A DNA stretch of 64,000 nt from Lytechinus pictus (Eukaryota), in assembly GCF_037042905.1 (NCBI RefSeq), contig NC_087252.1, forward strand, positions 3,784,001 through 3,848,000, written 5' to 3'. Made by a program: the position numbers and the translations under genes. The notes under the pieces were generated by a model. That model searched no databases. It saw nothing but the letters and a program-made list of their open reading frames with translations, and had not been told where the DNA came from. Of the stretch, positions 12,249-24,664 are shown piece by piece (the first letter of the stretch is position 1; each line of letters opens with the position of its first letter).

Positions 12249-13426
12249 GTGGTGATTCAAGAGGGCAGAGCTCACATCAAAAGGAAAGCACACTGAAAAT
12301 GTCTCTTGATACATCAGGTGACACATCACATGACAGACCACATGGGGATCACCTTCCAGAGGATTTCCCAATCCTAGCTGTTCTCGGAAACGTTTCTGAG
12401 CTATCTACCAGAGGCAGTTACTCAAGTGAGTATGATTCTCATCCCATACCAAACCAAGCAGATTATTCTCAATGGCAGAGTGCAACTGACAGTGCCACCA
12501 TGTCGGATGACCATGAAGAAGAAAGATTGGATCTGAAAACAGACAATGCAATGGGACTGGGTGAGAATTGTGAAACTGCCTCTTCAAAGCAGAAATCTTC
12601 CCAGATTTCATCAACAAGAACCGAACAATCAAACCCTTGCATCAATTCTGCTGGAGAACAACTCTTTACCTGTACAGTTTGCCAGAAAGGATATAATCGT
12701 AAGCACAATTTGTACAGGCACATGAGACTCCATTCTGAGGAGAGACCTCATGAGTGCACCTACTGCAAGAAACGATTTTGGCAAAGCAGCGAGTTGAAGA
12801 GACACCTTCGAATCCATACTGGACAGAAACCGTATTTGTGTTCAGTCTGCGACAAACGGTTTCGCGATACCTCTAATCTCAAGGCGCATATGGCAGCTCA
12901 TGTTCGTAAGAGGAGGAAGCATCAATGTTCATTCTGCGATGAGGGATTTCCAACTAGAAATCTGCGAGATGCCCACAGTGCATCAGCTCATCCGAGTGAG
13001 AAACCGTATTGTTGCACGGAGTGTGATATGAGATTTTGCCGTCGTGGTTCGCTCCAGGCACATATTTGGAGAACCCATACAGCTAGAGACAAACCGCATG
13101 TGTGTTCAATTTGCAACAAAGCATTTTCGCATTTGTGTTTCCTCACAATACACAAAAGAATCCACACGGGTGAGAAGCCCTATGAATGTCCCGTCTGTGG
13201 TGACAGATTTTCCTTCCATACCCAACTTGCGGATCACAAAGCAAAGCACACAGGAGTCAAGCCGTATTCATGCTCCATCTGTGAGAAAAGGTTTTGGAGG
13301 AACAGTTGTTTGAATAGACACCAGAGGACCCATACAAAAGAGAAGCCCTTTCAGTGTCCCGAGTGTGGCAAATGCTTTACCGAAAAGAGTTCTCTTATCA
13401 AGCATTTGAATACACACCCACTTTGA
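12249..13426 (+). CDS. C2H2 zinc-finger terminal exon 3 (9 fingers)
   Basis: ORF 12299-13426 reads in frame back to the acceptor AG 12247-12248 (phase 1; GGDSRGQSSHQKESTLKM), paralogous to the starts of exons 1 and 2. AATAAA at 13646-13651. Confidence 0.9.
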
Positions 13427-14047
13427 TAATTTCATGACTTATGCACTTTTGATTGGTTTGCCGAAAAGAAATGAAAGTTTGGGTGATCCTTTTCAGGACC
13501 AACTATTGCTCGAGAAAGAGTTTTGATGGTCCTTTTCAGGACCAACAATCGCTCAAGAAAGATACATGGTGTACCCTGAAACCTACTACACTATTCTTCT
13601 TCATCATGGAAACCTTCAGAAGTTACACTTTAATGCCACCTCCTGAATAAACATGAATGAATTTATTGATTAACTTCCTTCACTTGACATGAACCTTTTG
13701 TTTTATAATATATACGATGATATATGATATAAAGGGAAATCATATTGAATGCTTATTCTCATTTTGCAGACATTCAAATATGACAAATTTGTGCTGCATT
13801 TCCAATAGCATAACAAATCGTGATTCAGAGTAAATCACCACAAACAAAAAATATCAAGCAGAAAAATAAAAAATTTTCCCCCAGAGTCATCAGAAATTAC
13901 CCCAAGTACATGTAGCAACTATGTTTGGATAAATGAACAAAGCATTTTGATCAAGACTCCAGTTCCAATGTCATGATGTAAATGATATTTTCCTGGCACT
14001 CCATATCAATATACCTAACATGTAAAATCTTGAAGATGTTATACATG

Positions 14048-14198
14048 TACCTCAGTCACTTGCTCTACGGCGGCCGTATGCCAAGTAAAAAACAGCCGTT
14101 TTATTCATTCTTAATCAAACTACCTATAAATGTAAAATGTTAAAAAGGCCATTTTCAACTCGCCGTACGGCCACCATAGAGCAAATGTGACTGAGGTA
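14048..14198. mobile_element. palindromic MITE; related copy at 39660-39820
   Basis: TACCTCAGTCACTTGCTCTACGGCGGCCGTA / TACGGCCACCATAGAGCAAATGTGACTGAGGTA. Confidence 0.65.
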
Positions 14199-14292
14199 TT
14201 AGGATCATATAATGTTTAACTGTTAGAAACTGGTTTGTCTTTGTTACTAGGGTTCCACAAGGCCAAGTGTTACCTGCATGTAGTTAAAAAAA

Positions 14293-14558
14293 AGGGGAAG
14301 TTCACCTTGACAAATAAACTTCATTGTAAAAATATCACAGAATAAAATATAAAAATACTGTCAAATGTTTGAGAAAAATCCATCAAAGAATACAGAAGCT
14401 ATTAGAATTTTAAAATATGGGGCAGCTGCTCATTTATGACATCACAAATCCAAGAATTAAAATTCTAGTACATTTAATCTTTAATGCATTTTCCTCAAAC
14501 CTTCACCAATATTTTTTTTCTGTTATTTTTACAATTTTCTTCAGCGTGAACTTCCCCT
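14293..14558. mobile_element. Kolobok-like MITE (TTAA target)
   Basis: AGGGGAAGTTCAC / GTGAACTTCCCCT followed by TTAA at 14559-14562. Confidence 0.6.
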
Positions 14559-14931
14559 TTAAACGTAACACTGAAATGCTGTAGTGTGTGAACTTACATG
14601 TAGCGCCCTGTGACAATACAGGTATTTAGTTTTGAACTATTTGGTATTGTATTTCCTGAATTATGGATGTGTATTAATTAATGTCAAAAAATCTATGCTT
14701 CCAGGCCATGGATTCAATACCATTTCAAAGTAATTTCAAAGTAATTGAGGAAAAGTATCAAAAATTGAATTGAAAAAAAAATGTGTATAAAAACTGTGTA
14801 TTTTCGCTGAAAAGGTGCCTTTGAATAGATTCGTTCGTATACATTTTGATTCATTGATTTCTTGAGAAACAGGGATGTGAAATTGGAAATGAGGAAGTAG
14901 AGTATCTTTCAAAATTGAGTGTAACCCTCAA

Positions 14932-15173
14932 CCTTAAAAGGACTGGGTCATTTTAGATGTATTGAGGACTGGGGCGGGGGCCATGATGGGCCGCCAATCG
15001 TGCTGAAATCTGAGACGCACATTCTTTACCACCTAAACTATAAGCCAGTTTTTAAAAAATTATGAAAATAGTAAATAAAGTTTTGCAGCACTACCTTTTG
15101 TTCGTTTCGGAAATATCACACTAAGTGTTGAGAGGGGGCCATCAAAAGCCCCCCCCCCCCCGTCCTTTTAGGG
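14932..15173. mobile_element. piggyBac-like MITE, related to 51711-52468
   Basis: CCTTAAAAGGACTGGG ... CCCGTCCTTTTAGGG + TTAA. Confidence 0.55.
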
Positions 15174-16022
15174 TTAAAGACTGTAAACCAGAAGTGGAAG
15201 AATCGTAGGCATTGTGAGAGTCTTGAGTAGAAGGCTGGTTGGAGTGGAGAGGTGAGAAAGGCTTGAGTAGATGAGAGAGGGTTGGCTGTAGATGGCAAGT
15301 GAAGTTGTTGAGCAGGAGCAGGAAAGAAGACTTGACATTTCGGGCAGGATATATGTACGGTCATCTAGTTACAAAGCTTATGTGGGATCAGTATAATGTA
15401 TCAATGATTTTCCTAGGAAGTTTCATGGCAGTGGATCAGAGAACAGTTGAAACCCGAGTACACCCTAGAGAACACTGGCGGAAACTCGTACCATACGTGG
15501 GGAGTTTTATCTCTACTTGCTATTACAAGTAAATGGAATTTTATATGAATGTGAATGAAAATCCATAAGATGGGAAATGGTAGTACATATGACAAAGAAA
15601 TGTATGGGCCCATGCATAAGCATATAAGAGTCTCTATTGTCTCCATACACTTGAGCCCATGAAATACTTTGTAGGATCTGATGCTGGATACGCGCTTGAG
15701 GTATATCATCGCCAGGTTCCCCAAGCTACCATCTCCAAAAGAGATAAATGTCCAAGTTCCTTACTGAATTCAAACTCGACAGTATTCTGAAATCCGGTTT
15801 AATTGAAATCATGGTTCTTGAGTAAAAGTGTGGGTAGCCAAATGCGATGCGAATCATTGAAAGTAGATGGTGAATGTCTTACAAATCTGACATTCAATTC
15901 ATTGTAAATTGTCCTGTAATGATAAATACACTTGTTAGTTGTCTTCACTACCTCAACACGGGATAACATTTTCGGAGTATTTCATTTCATGGATATTTCG
16001 AACAATAAAATATGGATTTTCA

Positions 16023-16606
16023 TAAAGTCCACCCCAGAAAAATGTTGATTTGAATAAATAGAGAAAAACCAAACGAGCATAGCACTGAAAATTTCATCAA
16101 AATCGGATGTAAAGTAAGAAAGTTACATGTACAACATTTTAAAGTTTCCCTTATTTTTCACAAAACAGTGATATGCACAACCCGGTGACATGCAAGTGAG
16201 ACAGTCGATATGTCCCTCACTTTAATGTTTTTTTATTGTTTGAATTATACAATATATCATTTTGCTTTACAGATTTGACAATAAGGACGAACTTGACCAA
16301 GCCATATAATATTAATGCTAATTCTGCATGTTCAGGGAGGAATTTATCATTGTTTCACTTGACATTGAGGAGAAAATGAAAATATTTCATGTAATAAAAT
16401 ACAGAAGAAATAGTGAGTGGATGACGTCATCAGTCTCATTTTCATACCGACCAGGATGTGCATATTCTGTTTTGTGAAATTAAGCATAACTTTGAAATGT
16501 CATAACTCTTTTATTTTACATCCGATTTTGATGAAATTTTCAGGGTTATGATTGTTGGATTTTTCTCTTTTTAATCAAATAAACTTTGTTAGGATGGACT
16601 TATCCT
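16023..16606. mobile_element. Kolobok-like MITE, left end truncated
   Basis: Long internal inverted repeat CTGAAAATTTCATCAAAATCGGATGTAAA; right end GGACTTATCCT. Confidence 0.55.
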
Positions 16607-16640
16607 TTGAACTTAGGCTTCCCATGAGGACTTCAGCATA

Positions 16641-17219
16641 CAGTTGAGGCTAGAAGTTTATATACACCTAGGAAATTCAAAGAAAAGTGGACACTTGCCA
16701 AACATAAAATTTACTGTATCTTAAAAAATATTTGTGCCATCATGACGACTTTGACTGTATCACACTGTTTTAACATCAGGGGCTGAAAAATATTTAGGTG
16801 ATTACTTTTTCCCCAAAAATCTTCATTTTAAGATAAATTAAAAATAAAACATTTCATATTTGTGCTAGATATTTCAACACAAGCATTTCAGATTACACTT
16901 TTTTGTTCACTGGTGACATATCATGATAGATGTAATATTAATCATAGATTTGACATTTATATATTTCTATGAAACAATGTTTGAAAATATAAGAAACAAT
17001 AGAATACATTTGGAATGAACATTATTTTTTTTTCTTCAAAGAAAATTCCACCTGAAATATACTTTAATCCCAGCGGAATCCCAATCATGTGAAAGAGCTT
17101 AATAACCTCTTGATGGTAGTATTTATATTTCTGAAGGTATAGTAAATTTTTAAAATGTTTGGCAAGCCAACAAATTTCTCTAAATTCCATGGGTGTGTGT
17201 AAACTTTTGGCCTCAACTG
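16641..17219. mobile_element. Tc1/mariner non-autonomous element (TA TSD)
   Basis: TA|CAGTTGAGGCTAGAAGTTTATATACACC ... GGTGTGTGTAAACTTTTGGCCTCAACTG|TA. Confidence 0.8.
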
Positions 17220-17346
17220 TATGTGTCATTGACAAGTAGAGATCTCTCCCTCTCTCATCCCTGCATCACTTCCTTGTCCGATTCCTCTCTGTATTTCCTT
17301 GCTTTGCATTCTTGACCCTCTGAACCATAGATCCCCTCTCCCTCAT

Positions 17347-18134
17347 TTTTGTCTCACCTGCATAGCAGAGTGAGACTATAGGCGCCGCTTTTCCGACGGC
17401 GGCGTCAACACCAAATCTTAACCTGAGGTTAAGTTTTTGAAATGACAGCATAACTTAGAAAGTATATGGACCTAGTTCATGAAACTTGGCCATAAGGTTA
17501 ATCAAGTATTACTGAACATCCTGGCTGAGTTTCATGTCACATGACCAAGGTCAAAGGTCATTTAGGGTCAATGAACTTAGACCATGTTGGGGGAATCAAC
17601 ATCAAAATCTTAACCTAAGGTTAAGTTTTTGAAATGTCATCATAACTTAGAAAATATATGGACCTAGTTCATGAAACTTGGACATAATAGTAATCAAGTA
17701 CTACTGAACATCCTGTGCAAGTTTCAGGTCACATGATCAAGGTCAAAGGTCATTTAGGGTCAATGAACTTTGGCCAAATTGGGGTATTTGTTGAATTACA
17801 GCCATAAATTTGAAAGTGTGTTGGTCTAGTTCATAAAACTTGGACATAATAGTAATCAAGTATCACTGAACATCCTGTGCGAGTTTCAGGTCACATGATC
17901 AAGGTCAAAGGTCATGTAAGGTCAAAGAACTTTGGCCACGTTGGGGGTACATGTATTTGTTGAATTGCCATCATATCTCTATAAGTGTATTGGTCTAGTT
18001 CATAAAACGTGGAAATAAGAGTAACCAAGTATCACTGAACATCTTGTGCGAGTTATAGTAGTTTTCAAAATCAGCACTGCTGCTATATTGAATCGCGTGA
18101 TGCAGGTGAGACGGCCAGAGGCATTCCACTTGTT
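17347..18134 (+). mobile_element. Helentron/HINE (DINE-1-like) non-autonomous element with internal tandem repeats
   Basis: Sub-TIR GTCTCACCTGC (17351-17361) / GCAGGTGAGAC (18102-18112), short GGC tract, ~3.5 core units of ~160-190 bp (CAT(G/A)AAAC(T/G)TGG at 17478, 17670, 17832, 18001), T-rich flanks. Confidence 0.7.
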
Positions 18135-19429
18135 AATACTCAAAATGTATTTATATCTTTTACACCTCTATCTTTACCCCCTTTACCTGTCTATACCAGA
18201 GAATTTTTTTTTTTAGCTCACCAGCCCAATTTAGCTATGTTTTTTTTTTATATTCATTGGACTTTATTAAAATGTCAGGGGCTCTATAGGAAATTTCAGG
18301 GGTGAATTTGCCCCAAGCTGCCATGTAATATTTTCCCTAGTCTTTATCCCCCCCCCCTCTTTTTCTCATACTTCCCCTAAATATATCCTCCCCCCCCCCC
18401 TCTCTTGATCTATTCATTCTCCTTTCTGTCCCAAGCAATCCAAGTCATATGGATTAATGTTTGTATTCATTTTTAAAACAAAACATTCATACAAACTGCT
18501 ACTAATGGACAACAAATAATGTCGCAGAGAATTGCTTTAATACAATTTCCCATCAATATAATTTTCTTAAGAATTTTGCATTTAAGTCATAAGAAATAAC
18601 CATATATCTATGTTGCATGACCAGAAACGAAATTCATCATAAAAACTTGAACTTTTGTTTTTTGGGGGAGGCATGTTTAAGAAACCTGAAAGCAAAATAG
18701 TAACATTCACCTTGAATATCATCTCAATTCATGGGGCCTGACTTGTAGAGTTTAAATACAAATTTATATTGATCTAAATATCCTACCCTTTCTTACACAA
18801 CAATGTCATTGATATGACTTAGGCAAGATCATAAACTCATTAGGACATGATGGAATCATCGTGTCATGAATTGGTCTACAATCGGCATATTGCCCAGTAA
18901 CATCTGAAAATGGATGACTTTGCCCTAGTCAAATGTATTGGAACCACATAAATCTGTTCAAATTTGGATAAATCATTTTATAGACTTATGTTCTGCATAA
19001 CCTGGTCTACGGTATGTCTTTGACTTGGGCAAATATTCAACTTATGGAAGATCCTCTTTTATATAAACAAGATTATCAGTACCATGAATAAGAAACAGGT
19101 GCATATCTTGCTTTGTTTCTGAACAAGTCTCATGACACACCCATCGTACAAAGAGTTGTGATTGATCCATTTAATCACAAGGATGATCAGCAAGACCAAC
19201 ATCTAACGTGAAAGTGTCTGTTTTCTAAATGATTAATACCAAATCTTTTCCATGCATGATAGCCTTGACAAATCAAGGTGCTCATCTTTGTTTTCAAGTG
19301 ATACTGTGTACAATTCATGTATGAAGAATGATGACATTGGTGGATTCCCTTACTTTAGAATATTTGAATCAATCACAACTCTTGGTAAAACCAGGCCCCG
19401 GACTGTACTACATGTATCTATTCCGTGTG

Positions 19430-19582
19430 TCAAACAGCACCATTGACATAGCAAGCGAGAAACTTCCTGAAGACGTTGACATCGAGGTCTCTACATCCAA
19501 GATCAGGATCCCTGCGATGCATCTTCTTGATGTAACCTGGCTTGGTGTGTCTGCTGCCATGGGCTTTGTATATCTTGAAAAC
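19430..19582 (-). CDS. MRPL37: MRPL37 coding exon 8 (last)
   Basis: VFKIYK...VNVFRKFLACYVNGAV* resembles the mL37 C-terminus (FRKFLALY); acceptor AG at 19584-19583, phase 0. Confidence 0.88.
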   Translation of the reverse strand, partial: VFKIYKAHGSRHTKPGYIKKMHRRDPDLGCRDLDVNVFRKFLACYVNGAV

Positions 19583-19639
19583 CTGAAAAGGATGTAAGAG
19601 GACAGTGATGGTAAAAAATGCAGAGGACTGATTTCCATG

Positions 19640-20232
19640 GAGGGGGGGGGGGGGACATATAAAACAGTGAAAAATAAAACAGTAAACATTGAACACGGTT
19701 TCAAAATTGTTTGTGTTTTATTGTTCTAGTGGCCCAAACATGGAGTATTGTGTGTACATTGCTGTGTACTGAAAGGAAAAGGTGCTATTTCAAATGTCTA
19801 TTGGATTGGATTAGATTGGAAAAAAATAAAAGCAGCAGTCATGAACATGAACAATAATAACAATTTTAAAAAAGAAAGAAAATGGATTATAGCAGAAGGA
19901 GAAGTAGAGGAAGAAGGAATGATAATAATATAAAAGAAGAGGAAGGGGAAAAATAAAGGAAATTAGAGGAGGGTGGGGCATATAAAACAGTGAAAAATAA
20001 AACCGTACACAATAAACACAGCATAATTTTTTTTTTTTTGGCCCAAACATGGAGAAATGTGTATAAGGCGATTTGCAACAGAAAGGAAAAGACGCTGTAT
20101 CAAATGTCTGTTGGATTGGATAAATTAAAAGCAGCAGTTATTATGTGAACATGAACAATAATAACAATTTAAAAAATGAATATAGATTAAAGCAGGAGAA
20201 GAAGAGGAAGGGGAAGAATAAAGGAAATTAGA
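19640..20232. repeat. diverged tandem duplication (~330 + ~265 bp)
   Basis: CATATAAAACAGTGAAAAATAAAAC...GGCCCAAACATGGAG...TTGGATTGGA...GAACATGAACAATAATAACAATTT...AATAAGGAAATTAGA occurs twice. Confidence 0.75.
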
Positions 20233-20309
20233 AATTGAGATGATTATCCAATTGAGACATGAGGAGAGAAAAATCAATTTAAACCACTATTTCTTCTATC
20301 ATCAATGAA

Positions 20310-20945
20310 TATGATCATCACCATCACTTCATTATCTTTACCATCCCTACAACCACTAACTTCGTCATCACTTTTGCATCATTCACAACTTCACCGGTAC
20401 ATTCATCTTCATCTTCTACATCTTTGAACACTTTAATTTTCACCATTGTTATCAGCATCATCACTTGCTTTAAAATTCCCAGCATAATCATCTTGCTCCT
20501 CACTATGATAATTACTGGTCATCATCACCAACATCAATACTACCACCACCACCATCAACACCATTATCATTATTATCACCTTCACCACCTTCATCATCAT
20601 TATCATCATCACCATTACCATCATCATCTTTGTCACTATCAGCACCACAATCACTACTATTTCTGCTAACATCGTCATCACTATCATCATCATCATCACC
20701 ACCAACATCATCACCACCCCCATCATCATCATCTCCGTCGTCATCACAATCATCATATATCACAATCATCATCAAAATCATCATCACTATCCTCATCATC
20801 ATCATCCCCACCATTATCACAATCACCACTACCATCATCATCCTCACCATCATTACCATCACCATCATCAGTACTTCTGCTACTGTCATCAATATCACCA
20901 TCATCACACCCAGCACCACTACCACCACAATCATGAACAACATCA
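20310..20945. repeat. (CAT/CAC)n low-complexity tract
   Basis: Direct inspection. Confidence 0.9.
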
Positions 20946-20990
20946 ATCCTAAGCACCTATCACCACATCCTCCTCCCTCTCATTACTTAC

Positions 20991-21170
20991 CACTGGATAA
21001 TGATCAGAGTACATCTCATTCCCTTCATCAACCCACACCATATTCTTGATGCCTTCGTCAGGGTTCATGTTCAGAGTATTCAGCTGTACTTGCATGAAGG
21101 TGAACTTGACCCCTGTTGACACGATGCATTGGGTCACGATGGGTTTCTCAAGGTCAATGGCAGCATCAAC
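20991..21170 (-). CDS. MRPL37: MRPL37 coding exon 7
   Basis: VDAAIDLEKPIVTQCIVSTGVKFTFMQVQLNTLNMNPDEGIKNMVWVD... (mL37 QLNT...EGVKN.AWVD motif); AG 21172-21171, GTAAGT from 20990; 180 nt. Confidence 0.92.
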
Positions 21171-21352
21171 CTACAACAAAAATAGAGTTAGAGAAATGAA
21201 AGATACCTTCAATGTTGGGGGAATATGGTATTCCCATTATCGCATTCCTTTTTTATTGTTAAAAAAAAAATACAAGCACCACTGCCTTAAGTTGAATCTC
21301 TAACAGATTTTTTTTTTCCGGGGCTACTTTTGAGTTCGCCACATTGTATTAA

Positions 21353-21935
21353 AGGGATGGTCCGGGCTGAAAGTATGTATAGCTTTATAAATAGAGTAGA
21401 ATTCACTGAGCAAAATGCCGAAAATTTCATCAAAATCGGATAATAAATAACAAAGTTATTGAAATTTAAAATTTAGCAATATTTTGTGAGAAAAGTTGTC
21501 ATGAATATTCATTAGGTGGGCTGATGATGTCACATCTCCACTTGTTCTTTTGTATTTTATTATATGAAATTAGGTTTATTCAAATTTTTTCCTCCAAGAA
21601 CTAGAAAAATTGGATTGACAACTGATTCAGTGCATTAGATATTTATTGCTGCAACTTATTTCATTATAAGGGAGACACATTATTCACACAAGTATGAAAT
21701 AATGACAAAATTATGATTTTATGTAATAACATAAGAAAACGGAAAGTGGAGATGTTACATCATCAGCCCACCTAATGAATATTCATGACGACTGTTTTCA
21801 CAAAATATTGCTAAACTTTAAACTTCAATAACTTTATTATTTGTTATCCAATTAAGATGAAATTTTCGGCATTTTCCTCAGTGAATTCTACTCTATGTAT
21901 TAAGATATAATTATCTTTCAGCCCGGACCATCCCT
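21353..21935. mobile_element. Kolobok-like palindromic MITE (TTAA TSD)
   Basis: TTAA|AGGGATGGTCCGGGCTGAAAG ... CTTTCAGCCCGGACCATCCCT|TTAA; ~190-bp inverted arms. Confidence 0.85.
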
Positions 21936-22641
21936 TTAAAGTTTACATTGGACCCTATGGGCTCTTTTTTTAGTTTTCCAGGGCTCTGTAGGGCATTTCA
22001 GGGGCAAATTCACTCCAAGCCCCCTTGTAACTTTTTCCCTGATCTCTAAGTTCCATACATGTGGGTACCTTATCAAAAGTCGGTGTCATGTCTTTTATCA
22101 GTCAGAATTCCTTTCACACCAGATTTCATGCATTCCTCATTGTTTGTCTATGGTGAACTGTGAGAATTGGAAATGGGAGGCTGCTTGCGGGATTCCTGCG
22201 CGAAAGACGAGGCCCTGCGAAAAAATATCATGGGGGGGCATGGGCGATTTTGCCCCTGAAATGCCCAAAAGAGCCCTGGAAACAATTTTTTTTAAGAGCC
22301 AAGGCAAATCACCATTCACTGCAATGTTATATTATATTCATTGTTGTCAATATAAGACATCCGGTTGTGAAAAGGAGACCCAAGAAATTATCGTTTCCTT
22401 TTTGTACCTATTCAAATGCTTAAGGTCAACTCCATGAAATATGTATGTCCATCCCCCTATATGTGGTACCTTCATTACATTTTCTGTCTCTGATTTCTTG
22501 TTCTTCTGACAGTCTGTAATGTTCTCAAAGGACCATGACTTGGTCAGATCATGAAGTGAAGTAAAACGTGAGAAAAATGGGGGTTGGACGCACAAAAAGG
22601 TTGATCATTTTACGGAATTGCCCTTTACTAACATTTCTTAC

Positions 22642-22793
22642 CCCATACTGAAGTTTGGCTCTTGAAATGGCATTGGCAAATGCAAACATGAGACCCTGAG
22701 CATTGAGATGGTCCATCTTGTGACGACACCAGTTCCTAGCGTCGTGTATGAAGAGGGTGTGCGCATGGGGGAAGGGAGACCCTTCATAAAACC
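22642..22793 (-). CDS. MRPL37: MRPL37 coding exon 6
   Basis: GFYEGSPFPHAHTLF...LMFAFANAISRAKLQYG (mL37 GF.EG.P.P..HTL / MILFAFG.A.A.A...YG); AG 22795-22794, GTAAGA from 22641. Confidence 0.92.
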
Positions 22794-23036
22794 CTGGTAA
22801 GAATACAAAACAATTCAGAAAAGTTGAAGATGACTCATGACCCTTCAAGTAGAAATATATTGAAAATCGTAAAAATGGGGAATCATATATCAAATTAAAG
22901 GAGAAAATAAGGAGAACACGATGGTGTACATCATTTATCATGGAGACCGATGGAACTCAGTTAATTGATAGTTTTAAGTTCTCTCTCTGAATGCTTCAAA
23001 CACGCAGAATTACGTCCGCGAAATTGGGGATTTTTT

Positions 23037-24664
23037 ATGACGTCACTTTCTGTACGAGAGGCGTGATTGGCTCTCCCACGTGAAGCTCCACTTGCATGCA
23101 AAACCTGTTGCGAGGGTACGTTTTCTCCACATTGTCACTGAATACTTCGATCCCGAAATGAAAGAAAACCCAGAATTTTATCGAGATTTTGATTTTCAAA
23201 TTGACGATTTTGAAGATGAAGAGAATGATGATGAAGTGAACAACAAAGTGACGTAGTTGGGGGTAAATTGGGGGAATTACGCCGATGATGATGAGTCGGA
23301 CAATTCAACTTGCAACACGATCACATGCCGATTCGCTACCAACTCATGCAGCTGCTAAGTGCTAGCTACACCGCGCGGGCCAAATTGAATTCATGAAAAT
23401 GAATTGCCACACTGTCCAGACAGAATCTCTTACCTCTGTGACTATGAAGAAGGAAAATAATGATAAAACTGTACTTACAAACAAGTGAATGTAATCCGAA
23501 CCTGAAGGCAAATCAACTCAACGAATAGCAGCAGACGATATGCACCGACGATAAACTTCATGTGGCTGGGATAGATTGTCACTCGTTCTGTTAGATGTAA
23601 TTTTTATCTCATTAATTTGACAAAATTACGAAACTCGGGGAAATATTTATCTATATAAAAATATAGTAACATCTCGTATTATTTTTTTAATTACGATAAA
23701 ACCTTTAAGGAAAACGTTGAGGTAAATTAAAATTAGATGTAAAAGATCATCTCCAACATGCGTAGCTTGTATGCTTGTATCAAACACGTGTACTGGTATT
23801 CCTTCCTTGCTCGCCTTGCTGATTGAGAGCTGTGCAACACGTGCATAGATCTACTCTCTCAGCCAAGGCGAGCAAGCAATATGGCATGTTTGTGATTTTG
23901 TTTACAATCACATATACGAGCTGCACATGCTGGGGACGATCTTTTACATCTAATTTAAATTTTCCTCAACGTTTTCCTTCAAAAAAGGTTTTATCGTAAT
24001 TTAAAAAATAATACGAGATGTTACTATATTTTTATATAGATAAATAATTCCCCGAGTTTTGTAATTTTGTCAAATTAATGAGATAAAAATTACATCTAAC
24101 AGAACGAGTGACAATCTATCCCAGCCACATGAAGTTTATCATCGGTGCATATCGTCGGTGCATATCGTCTGCTGCTATTTGTTGAGTTGATTTGCCTTCA
24201 GGTTCGGATTACATTCACTTGTTTGTAAGTACAGTTTTATCCTTATTTTCCTTCTTCATAGTCACAGAGGTAAGAGACTCTGTCTGAACAGTGTGGTAAT
24301 TCATTCATGAATTCAATTTGGCCCGCGCGGTGTAGCTAGCACTTAGCAGCTGCATGAGTTGGTAGCGAATCGGCATGTGATCGTGTTGCAAGTTGAATTG
24401 TCCGACCCATCATCATCGGCGTAATTCCCCCAATTTACCTCCAACTACGTCACTTTGTTGTTCATTTCATCATCATTCTGTTCATCTTCAAAATCATCAA
24501 TTTGAAAATCAAAATCTCGATAAAATTCTGGGTTTTCTTTCATTTCGTGATCGAAGTATTCAGTGAGAGTGTGGAGAAAACGTACCCTCGCAACAGGTTT
24601 TGCATGCAAGTGGAGCTTCACGTGGGAGAGCCAATCACGCCTCTCGTACAGAAAGTGACGTCAT
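23037..24664. repeat. fold-back palindrome, ~735-bp arms (probably the core of a DNA element spanning ~22848-24918)
   Basis: ~23037-23773 is the near-exact reverse complement of ~23911-24664; the spacer contains a further hairpin. Confidence 0.9.

Noticed and set aside
15180..15740. Possible RTE-like LINE remnant (WIREQLKPEYTLE in one + frame)
   Set aside because: Only one short resemblance, with no RT motifs or tail; needs tBLASTx.
17478..18010. CRISPR-like regular repeats (also the motif array at 44371-48381)
   Set aside because: The units are whole tandem repeats or irregularly spaced motifs without unique fixed-length spacers; the context is eukaryotic with no cas genes.
20949..20990. 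MRPL37 ending at VSNEREEDVVIGA*
   Set aside because: A strong GTAAGT donor at 20990 and a downstream exon supplying the conserved C-terminus fit better.
20424..21049. His/Ile/Met/Asp-rich ORFs (also 42224-42846)
   Set aside because: Translation of (CAT)n microsatellites.
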